Origin: a virus
Lineage: Duplodnaviria > Caudoviricetes
IMG/VR virus record: IMGVR_UViG_3300042294_004185
Location: 1-52,732 of that record
Reading direction: 5' to 3' (one strand)
Length of the DNA: 52,732 nt
Shown one piece after another: positions 18,353 to 27,264 of the stretch (its first letter is position 1; each line of letters begins with the position of its first letter). The position numbers and the translations under genes are program-made. The notes beneath the pieces were generated by a model. It worked only from the letters and a program-made list of their open reading frames with translations, was not told the origin of the DNA and did no database searches.

Positions 18353-19788
18353 TAATATAACAATTTATGGTTTATAATTCTATCTTCTACTTCATTAACA
18401 TTAATCAATTCAAATTTTTCTCTTGGTTTCCAAGTTGAAAATAATTCATTAAATGCTTCTATTACTCTTTTACCTTGATATTCAGCAGTAAATCCAGCTT
18501 CATCACTCATAGCCCATTCTTTTCCGGCTAAACCTCTATTTTTACGTTCTTCAGGACCTAAGTTATACACAGCCATAATTTGTTCAGCTGCATCTTCTGG
18601 ATTGCAAGTGTCATCCCAAATGTATGGAGTTGGGGGAGAACCTACTAATGTTCTAGAACTTGGGAATACGGGAAAAGCCCACTTACCGTGTTTTTTATAA
18701 GTGCCTTTATGGTTTGAAGGTACATCTGCATTTGGTGTAAACCAATTACCATTTTCATCTTCAAATCTCATTTGATCTTGCATACCACCAGTTACGTTAG
18801 CGATAATAGGATTACCTGCTAATATAGCTTCTGTTAAACTTAATCCCCAACCTTCATTAGAAGTTAATAGAATTTGACAGTCTGTACTGTTATAAAGTAA
18901 ATTCATTTGTTGTGGATTGAAAACACTATCTGTAAAGATAACATTATATTGTTCTCCGTTAGCTAATAATTCAATTACAGCATCCAAATCAGTACCATGT
19001 TCATTAACATGTTCGGTATGTAATACTAAAGCACATTTTTTAGCTTTTTCAATAGGTAATTGATCTATAAAATATCTATATGCTAAAATAGTATCTGGGA
19101 TTTGTTTACGTCTAATATTTCTAGAATTAAATAGTAGAGCAAAATCATATTCTTTATCTTTAAATAATTTCTTTTTAAATTCTTTTAATTCAGAATCATT
19201 TTTATCTAAAGGTTTAAAAATATCAGTATTTAGTCCGTGAGGAATATATTTTAAAATTCTCTTATCGGCTTTATCTCCTAATACTAATTTATTAATGTTT
19301 ACAGTTTGTTTTGAAATACCCATCAACAAATCACAGGCCTCATAAAAAGGTTTGTTATATAATGGAGCAGGATAATCATCCCAAATATTTAAATATGTAA
19401 TAGGAATATGTTTTCTAATTTCATTTTCCATAGAAAACACCCAAACAAAATATCTTGGATCTGTAATCAACATAATAGCGTCTGGTTTTTCAACAGCCAT
19501 CAATTGTCTTAAAATATCTGGATTTCCATATTCATGGACTGGATATAGAGTTACTGAAGCATCTTTTAATCCTGTGGTCTCATTAGTTGAGGGAGATAAG
19601 TCTAATCTTTTTCCAAATTCAGGATGTTGAATTGCTCCTCCTAAATTTACCCAATTAAAATGTTGTGCTGTGTGCAAAACTATTTCTTTACCTACGTTAG
19701 CGATACCAGAATGTACTCTAATATCATCACAAATAAGCATAATTTTCTTCCTCTTATCAGGAGGTAAGTAAGCAAAACTTGAATTCAT
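18352..19788 (-). CDS. GT-B fold glycosyltransferase (GT4-like)
   Basis: HSGIA, IPHG, RNIRRK, NEGWGLSLTEA, TGGMQDQ. Confidence 0.85.
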   Translation of the reverse strand: MNSSFAYLPPDKRKKIMLICDDIRVHSGIANVGKEIVLHTAQHFNWVNLGGAIQHPEFGKRLDLSPSTNETTGLKDASVTLYPVHEYGNPDILRQLMAVEKPDAIMLITDPRYFVWVFSMENEIRKHIPITYLNIWDDYPAPLYNKPFYEACDLLMGISKQTVNINKLVLGDKADKRILKYIPHGLNTDIFKPLDKNDSELKEFKKKLFKDKEYDFALLFNSRNIRRKQIPDTILAYRYFIDQLPIEKAKKCALVLHTEHVNEHGTDLDAVIELLANGEQYNVIFTDSVFNPQQMNLLYNSTDCQILLTSNEGWGLSLTEAILAGNPIIANVTGGMQDQMRFEDENGNWFTPNADVPSNHKGTYKKHGKWAFPVFPSSRTLVGSPPTPYIWDDTCNPEDAAEQIMAVYNLGPEERKNRGLAGKEWAMSDEAGFTAEYQGKRVIEAFNELFSTWKPREKFELINVNEVEDRIINHKLLY

Positions 19789-19795
19789 GTATTTT

Positions 19796-19990
19796 TTAAT
19801 TTTTAATTTCTAAATTGTTGTGTGAATGAACTTTTTTACGAAAATCTTCATCGGTAAGGTACAAATGAATAGTGCGGTCGGCAAGTTTTTGTAAAGAAAA
19901 TTTGTACTTAACACAGGCAATCTTGAAATCCTCGAATAACTCACTCTGTACTTTTACAGAGGTTAATGTCATATCCTTTTTATTTGTCAT
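19796..19990 (-). CDS. Ribbon-helix-helix DNA-binding protein
   Basis: Alternating beta strand LTSVKV followed by two helices; 64 aa. Confidence 0.6.
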   Translation of the reverse strand: MTNKKDMTLTSVKVQSELFEDFKIACVKYKFSLQKLADRTIHLYLTDEDFRKKVHSHNNLEIKN

Positions 19991-20014
19991 AGCTTTTATT
20001 AATTTAATGTCGTA

Positions 20015-20022
20015 TATAAATA
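20015..20022 (-). promoter_or_regulatory. TATTTATA motif heading the RHH/glycosyltransferase run
   Basis: Perfect copy in the 44-bp intergenic gap. Confidence 0.55.
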
Positions 20023-20034
20023 TATTAGGATTCT

Positions 20035-20988
20035 TTAAGATATACCTTTGTTACACAATTCTTTATTATCTTTAAAAGGACAGTATTTACAATTATTAAG
20101 TGAAGGATTAGGTTCGTGAACGACATCCTTATAAGAACCATCATTATTAAATACACCTTCTATAAAACTTGTTATAGCATTTACTGCTTTATTTACTTTT
20201 ACTTTACCAGATGCTGGAGAATATTCTTGGATTCTGGAGGTAGGGTATGGGGAGTCTTTCCATATTTTACGTTTAACTATAAAGAATTCAATATCAATGT
20301 TATCAATATCAACACCAAATTGTTTAGCAAAAAAGTATTTATAAAGTATTAGTTGAAATTGTTTTGTTTCATCTTTTTTCTCATAATCACTCCAACCCTT
20401 AGTAGATGTTTTAATATCTAATATCTTGAATTTATTTAGTGTTTCATTATATAAAACAACATCTAAATAACCTTTATATAAAACATTATTAAATTGAGAT
20501 AGTGGAGTTAAAACAATAGGAACCTCACATCCAATTAAATGCCATCCCCTTTTCCCAAAAATACCTGCTCTATTTTTCTTTACTGCTTTAATAATTTCTA
20601 ATCCATCATCAAAAAATTCTCTCATTTGAACAGGATCACTAAAATGAACCTTTTTATTTGAGGTATAATCTTTTAAGTATGTTTCTCTAAAACGTTCTTC
20701 AAAATAAGCATCTAAATCAATTCGGTCAGCAGCGGCACCACTTTGCTCATATATAGTTGTTATATAATGTTGTAAAGTTTCATGTAATGCCGTTCCAAAC
20801 GTCATATGAATTGATGATTCAGACGTATAAAAACCATCTTTATACTGTAAAGACCACTTACGTGGACAATTAGTATACATCGAAAGTTGACTATACGAAA
20901 TCGATTTATGGATTGCGTAGTTAACTTCGTTTACTGGTTGTTTTTTAATCTGTTTTACAAGTGCAGGTATTTTTTTCTTTTTTCCCAA
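20035..20988 (-). CDS. PD-(D/E)XK nuclease (RecB/AddB/Cas4-like exonuclease)
   Basis: SYSQ..C P, FGTALHE, GYLDVV, ILDIKTS, QLILY, CKYCPF...C. Confidence 0.85.
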   Translation of the reverse strand: MGKKKKIPALVKQIKKQPVNEVNYAIHKSISYSQLSMYTNCPRKWSLQYKDGFYTSESSIHMTFGTALHETLQHYITTIYEQSGAAADRIDLDAYFEERFRETYLKDYTSNKKVHFSDPVQMREFFDDGLEIIKAVKKNRAGIFGKRGWHLIGCEVPIVLTPLSQFNNVLYKGYLDVVLYNETLNKFKILDIKTSTKGWSDYEKKDETKQFQLILYKYFFAKQFGVDIDNIDIEFFIVKRKIWKDSPYPTSRIQEYSPASGKVKVNKAVNAITSFIEGVFNNDGSYKDVVHEPNPSLNNCKYCPFKDNKELCNKGIS

Positions 20989-20991
20989 AAC

Positions 20992-21246
20992 CTATTTTTT
21001 ACCTTTTAGCATTTGGATCACTTTTTCTAAGTATAGAGCTAAATCCATTGCTTCTTCTTTGGCATGTTGTAAATAATCTAATACTGATAAGTCTGTTCTA
21101 TCTAAAGTATTATTGTATTTTTCTTTACCCATTTCAGCTCTAGTAATGTGTTCATCGATAACCGAATCAACAATAGAGTCTGTTTTTAATATTGTACGAG
21201 TTTCAACACCGTGTCTAACTCCGTAAATTTCACTGTTTTTTGTCAT
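20992..21246 (-). CDS. Small all-alpha protein, possible MazG-like nucleotide pyrophosphohydrolase
   Basis: GKEKY...LQHAKEEAMDLALY (EExxD). Confidence 0.45.
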   Translation of the reverse strand: MTKNSEIYGVRHGVETRTILKTDSIVDSVIDEHITRAEMGKEKYNNTLDRTDLSVLDYLQHAKEEAMDLALYLEKVIQMLKGKK

Positions 21247-21662
21247 TGTACTTCTTTTAATAACTTTTTAATTTCTTTTTCATCAACACCTGCCCTTTCA
21301 AGAATCATCTCTACTCCTTCTCTTTTAAGAATATAAAGATAGTCTTCAGCTTCCCCAAGGGAAATTGTATAATGATCAGCAATGTGTTGTAACACTTTTT
21401 CGTTTGGTTTTTTACGTGAACTTTTCACGTACTTAAGGAAGACATTCTTTTTAGGTAACATATGGCAGTAGTATTTATAGATTTTTTCTTTTTCAGGCAA
21501 CGGTATTCTTTGGCCATAGTTAGCAACCTCTGTATACCCCTCATACATACTAACAAACCGGTGAACCATGTAAGAATTAAACGAATTTTGCTGGTCTTCA
21601 GTAAAAGAAGACCAAGCAGATTTCGTTGTTGTTATCTCTTTAAGCCAATCAAATATTGTCAT
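21243..21662 (-). CDS. Clamp loader small subunit (T4 gp62-like)
   Basis: IFDWLKEI...FNSYMVHRFVSM pattern; close to the gp44-like gene. Confidence 0.7.
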   Translation of the reverse strand: MTIFDWLKEITTTKSAWSSFTEDQQNSFNSYMVHRFVSMYEGYTEVANYGQRIPLPEKEKIYKYYCHMLPKKNVFLKYVKSSRKKPNEKVLQHIADHYTISLGEAEDYLYILKREGVEMILERAGVDEKEIKKLLKEVQ

Positions 21663-21903
21663 TTACTTCTTCTTCGAATTCAGCTCTTAATTCTTTAGGA
21701 AGCAATTCTACTAGTACCTTACCTGTAGCTACATCATAAAAACATGGAATTGGAATAACTCCATCTTCTTGAGTACCAGTTACAAAACGAGATACTTTAC
21801 GCAAAATAACCCCTTCAGCAAATACTTGATTACCTTCAGGTGATGTGATTGGTCTTGTGTTTTTAATGTCGATATTGACATTCATTTGTGGTTTATTTGT
21901 CAT
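21649..21903 (-). CDS. Hypothetical protein
   Basis: Probable start MTNKPQMNVNIDIKN; ORF-track start at 21933 overlaps the previous gene. Confidence 0.55.
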   Translation of the reverse strand: MTNKPQMNVNIDIKNTRPITSPEGNQVFAEGVILRKVSRFVTGTQEDGVIPIPCFYDVATGKVLVELLPKELRAEFEEEVNDNI

Positions 21904-22096
21904 TGTTTTCTTTATTATGTTTTTTCCATTCAATCCAGAATCCAGTTGCTACTAATAAATTCATACCAACTGAAGCCCATAATTCATAAATGTCTTCATA
22001 TATGTTCATAGTTAAGTGAATATGTCCTACTGCCCAAAAAGGTATAGACAAATTACTAGCTACCCATACTATAAAGAACATTATAAATTTTTTCAT
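21893..22096 (-). CDS. Small membrane protein
   Basis: Two hydrophobic segments in 67 aa. Confidence 0.55.
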   Translation of the reverse strand: MKKFIMFFIVWVASNLSIPFWAVGHIHLTMNIYEDIYELWASVGMNLLVATGFWIEWKKHNKENNDK

Positions 22097-23031
22097 ATAA
22101 CTCTTTTATTTGAAATTAATGACAAGATTCTGGATACCAAAGCCATTATATTAATTTCTTTATCTAATCTAAAATTAGCATGATATTGATACTCTTCAAT
22201 ATAAATTACTATCTCACCTACACTTAATGGAGCATACTTTTCTACATTGTCATACAAGTATCTAAACATGTCTTCAAAATCATTTACATTTGAGTCAGCA
22301 ATTATTTGTCTAATGTTATTAAACGATTTAGCTGTTGGTTTCATTAATTCCGCGAGCACCTTGTTTTTATAGCTATTAGACACTAATATACTTTTATCTA
22401 CAACGATTTCATCACCATTAACACTCATTTGTAGTGTGTTAAGCATTTTACGAATATCAGGATAATGTTGATTAATAACTAATTTTAAATCATCAGCACT
22501 ACAATCAACTTCTTCCTGTTTAAAGATATCCATAATATGATAAGCAATCTCTTGTTTAGATGGAGGTACAATTTTTAATACCTGACAACGAGATTGTAGA
22601 GGATCAATTACACGTTCAATATAATTACAAGTTAAAATAAAACGAGTTGACCTTGAAAATGTTTCAATAATATTACGGAGCGCTGCTTGACCTTGGATTG
22701 TAATATAATCTGCTTCATCCAAGATAATTACTTTAAATGGTTTAAATGAGGCAACAGAGGCAAAACTTTTAACTTTTTCCCTAATTGTGTCAATTCCATT
22801 TTCATCACTAGCATTAATGTACAAATATTCACAATCTAAATTATTAACAATAAGTTTTGCTAATGTAGTTTTACCTGTACCTGCTGTTCCGTAAAATAGG
22901 AAGTTTTGAATATCATTTTGTTTTAAGTAATGAGAAATAGTTTGTTTGATATTTTCATTACCAACATAATCTTCAAGTGTTTGACTACGGTATTTTTCAA
23001 CCCATAATGTATGCTCTCTCTTAGTACTCAT
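22093..23031 (-). CDS. Clamp loader large subunit (RFC / T4 gp44-like AAA+)
   Basis: LWVEKYR, GTAGTGKT, NASDENG, DEAD, SRC. Confidence 0.95.
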   Translation of the reverse strand: MSTKREHTLWVEKYRSQTLEDYVGNENIKQTISHYLKQNDIQNFLFYGTAGTGKTTLAKLIVNNLDCEYLYINASDENGIDTIREKVKSFASVASFKPFKVIILDEADYITIQGQAALRNIIETFSRSTRFILTCNYIERVIDPLQSRCQVLKIVPPSKQEIAYHIMDIFKQEEVDCSADDLKLVINQHYPDIRKMLNTLQMSVNGDEIVVDKSILVSNSYKNKVLAELMKPTAKSFNNIRQIIADSNVNDFEDMFRYLYDNVEKYAPLSVGEIVIYIEEYQYHANFRLDKEINIMALVSRILSLISNKRVI

Positions 23032-23287
23032 AGTCTCCGTAAATTGAATATTGTTTAGGTTTTGGTTCTTTAATTTCTACTTCTTCAGAAAAGATAGCAT
23101 AAAGTTTACCTTGAGCTAAATCTAAACGAAATGCTTTTGGTTTAACTGTATTAAGTTGAAACCATGCTTCTAAAGCTTCAGTTAATCCTTTTTGAATAGC
23201 ATTAACATTACTTATTTTCCATTGGTCACCTGGTGGTACACGACTACCAATTTCAATTAATTTTTCTTTAATTTCTGTTTTACTCAT
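23021..23287 (-). CDS. Hypothetical protein
   Basis: 88 aa ORF, coupled to neighbours. Confidence 0.55.
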   Translation of the reverse strand: MSKTEIKEKLIEIGSRVPPGDQWKISNVNAIQKGLTEALEAWFQLNTVKPKAFRLDLAQGKLYAIFSEEVEIKEPKPKQYSIYGDYEY

Positions 23288-23472
23288 AACTTAATTTGTT
23301 CAATCAGGTAAGGCAGTAGGTCTTCATATCTCCAATTTACAGTTACATAATCGGATTTCATCAAACCAACATACAAATAATTAGTTCCCGGTACAAAATA
23401 AAACTCTTTGATTCGATAATTAAGTTCATTAATTTGAATCTGTTTACCTATAAGACCTACTGCGTCCTGCAT
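23284..23472 (-). CDS. Hypothetical protein
   Basis: 62 aa ORF, ATGA overlap. Confidence 0.5.
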   Translation of the reverse strand: MQDAVGLIGKQIQINELNYRIKEFYFVPGTNYLYVGLMKSDYVTVNWRYEDLLPYLIEQIKL

Positions 23473-23482
23473 AATCGTTAAT

Positions 23483-25421
<1,939 letters not shown>

Positions 25422-25425
25422 ATTT

Positions 25426-25746
25426 TTAAATTCCTAAATTAACTAATTGATTGATTTCTTCTTGAATGTTTTTAAACATTTCAATATATTCTTGAATTGA
25501 ATTATAACTTTTTTTATCATTAACTTTATTACGAGCAATTGTCTTTAAACAATTTCCAAAATTACTATAATGACCTAATGCTTTAGTATATTCTTTACCA
25601 GGTTTATTATCTTCAGTATATCTAGTATCTGGAGTAATTGTTTGATAAACAGTATAGCAGTAAGCATCTTTACCTATAAAATAAGGTTCGATTCTAGGAT
25701 CTCTGATAACTGTGATTGATGATAATTCTTCTTTTTCTTTTGTCAT
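25426..25746 (-). CDS. Hypothetical protein
   Basis: 106 aa; first gene after the promoter at 25769. Confidence 0.6.
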   Translation of the reverse strand: MTKEKEELSSITVIRDPRIEPYFIGKDAYCYTVYQTITPDTRYTEDNKPGKEYTKALGHYSNFGNCLKTIARNKVNDKKSYNSIQEYIEMFKNIQEEINQLVNLGI

Positions 25747-25759
25747 AACTTATGTTTGT

Positions 25760-25984
25760 TTATGTGGTAATATACGAATCCTTTGTTACTTCTCCAAGTT
25801 CTTCTTCAATAATTTGTGCTTCTTCAATAAATCTAACAAACCATAAAAGACCATCTTTTCTAAAGACGTGTGTACAATCATTTTTCCACTTAATGTATTC
25901 TACATCTATTTGTTTATTTTCGGGAATTTGATCAATTACTTGATACAAAGTTCCATCACTCGTTTTAATTAAATGTAATTTCAT
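25760..25984 (-). CDS. Hypothetical protein
   Basis: 74 aa; AGGTTATG start context. Confidence 0.55.
   Translation of the reverse strand: MKLHLIKTSDGTLYQVIDQIPENKQIDVEYIKWKNDCTHVFRKDGLLWFVRFIEEAQIIEEELGEVTKDSYITT
25769..25798 (-). promoter_or_regulatory. -33/-7 promoter (CTTGG-N19-TATATT) upstream of the groES/groEL run
   Basis: CTTGGAGAAGTAACAAAGGATTCGTATATT, embedded in the 3' end of the 74-aa ORF. Confidence 0.7.
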
Positions 25985-25989
25985 AACCT

Positions 25990-26497
25990 GTGAAACCTTA
26001 GGAGAACGGTTTTACTTAATTGTTAATAGTTTTGTTTTTGTTTCTTTACTGTGTGGAATGGAAATTTTTAATAAGCCATTTTCCATTTTGGCTTCAGATT
26101 GTGATAAGTCAAATTGTGAGGAAATTTTGTAACCAATATTAATAGAACGTTTAGCTATTCCTCTATGAATGTATCTAACTAAACCTAAGTCCTCAGTATC
26201 AATACCTTCAGTTTTTGCTTTATCATAACTGATTTTAAGGATGTCTCCTTCAACCCCAATTTCTAAATCTTCTTTGTCAAGACCGGTACAAGCCACTTCA
26301 AAGTGGAGTCCATCTTTATTTTCGTAAATGTCAATTGGGTGTGGGATTTTTGCTTCTTCAGCAGGGAAGAAGTGTGAGTTCGACTCAAAAAAGTTCTTAA
26401 ACAGAATGTCGAACGGTGTTAGTTCTCTTTCAAATAATTTTAAATTTGTCATAATTTTTATCTCCTAAGATGATTTTTGTGTTCCCTAAGGTTTCAC
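25990..26497. repeat. Inverted repeat flanking hsp20 (GTGAAACCTTAGG 25990..26002 / CCTAAGGTTTCAC 26485..26497)
   Basis: Perfect 13-bp reverse complement, extendable by 4 bp across a 1-nt bulge; further 9-bp partner TCTCCTAAG at 26461..26469. Confidence 0.9.
26012..26452 (-). CDS. Small heat-shock protein Hsp20 (alpha-crystallin domain)
   Basis: PIDIYE, YIHRGIAKRS, AKMENGLLKISIP. Confidence 0.92.
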   Translation of the reverse strand: MTNLKLFERELTPFDILFKNFFESNSHFFPAEEAKIPHPIDIYENKDGLHFEVACTGLDKEDLEIGVEGDILKISYDKAKTEGIDTEDLGLVRYIHRGIAKRSINIGYKISSQFDLSQSEAKMENGLLKISIPHSKETKTKLLTIK

Positions 26498-26521
26498 TTT
26501 ATCGGTTATACATATATGGTT

Positions 26522-27262
26522 TTAATAATCCTTCGCAATTACATAATACTCGCTTTTAATATTTCCGTTATCAAACGCAAGTTTCATGATTCCATCTAAA
26601 TTAATTCCCATAACACAGTGTGCTACGTCTTTATTACAATACATAATTTCTTTAATCATGTTTGAATCATAATTAACTTTAAAATCATTTGGCAAATCAT
26701 GAGTTTCAATATCTGGTAAGTAAAATGATACTTTATTTGAGTATTCAATATTACCACCAAATACCATTTCCAATTGTAAATCACCATCAGCGTTAGTAAA
26801 TGGTTTAAATACAACAGTATCGGTTTCGGCCAAAGCAGATTTTGCTCGCACTATAGAATTTATACTTTCGTTATCTAACGTAGCTTCAATATTATATGCT
26901 TCATCACCAACATACTCACCTGCTGTAGGGATAATCATTGTATCTGCTAAAGCATAATTAAGTGTAAATTGATTATCTGCTATAATAAGCTTTGTAATTA
27001 ATTTATGTTGTTTAACATATTCCAAACTTAAAGGACCATTTGTAATAGCTAATAGTTTAAGCAATTGAGTAGTATTACTAATACCAATTGATGAATCCTC
27101 TAAATCAAAATTGTCACAAGTAACAACTCCAATCATTGATTTATCAGGAGCTTTAAATTTGATTGTTAATTTGTTGTCTTGAATATCCCACTTAACGGCC
27201 TCATTTTTACCATTTAGGAAATACTTTGAAATAATTGAAACTAGATCTAATTTATTTATCAT
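26522..27262 (-). CDS. Sliding clamp (T4 gp45/PCNA-like)
   Basis: 246 aa beta-rich protein directly downstream of PolB; C-terminal GIMKLAF...SEYYVIA pattern. Confidence 0.75.
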   Translation of the reverse strand: MINKLDLVSIISKYFLNGKNEAVKWDIQDNKLTIKFKAPDKSMIGVVTCDNFDLEDSSIGISNTTQLLKLLAITNGPLSLEYVKQHKLITKLIIADNQFTLNYALADTMIIPTAGEYVGDEAYNIEATLDNESINSIVRAKSALAETDTVVFKPFTNADGDLQLEMVFGGNIEYSNKVSFYLPDIETHDLPNDFKVNYDSNMIKEIMYCNKDVAHCVMGINLDGIMKLAFDNGNIKSEYYVIAKDY

Positions 27263-27264
27263 GT

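Noticed and set aside
20035-20988. Cas4-like nuclease as evidence of CRISPR-Cas
   Set aside because: No repeat-spacer array or other cas genes; replication context fits a phage recombination exonuclease.
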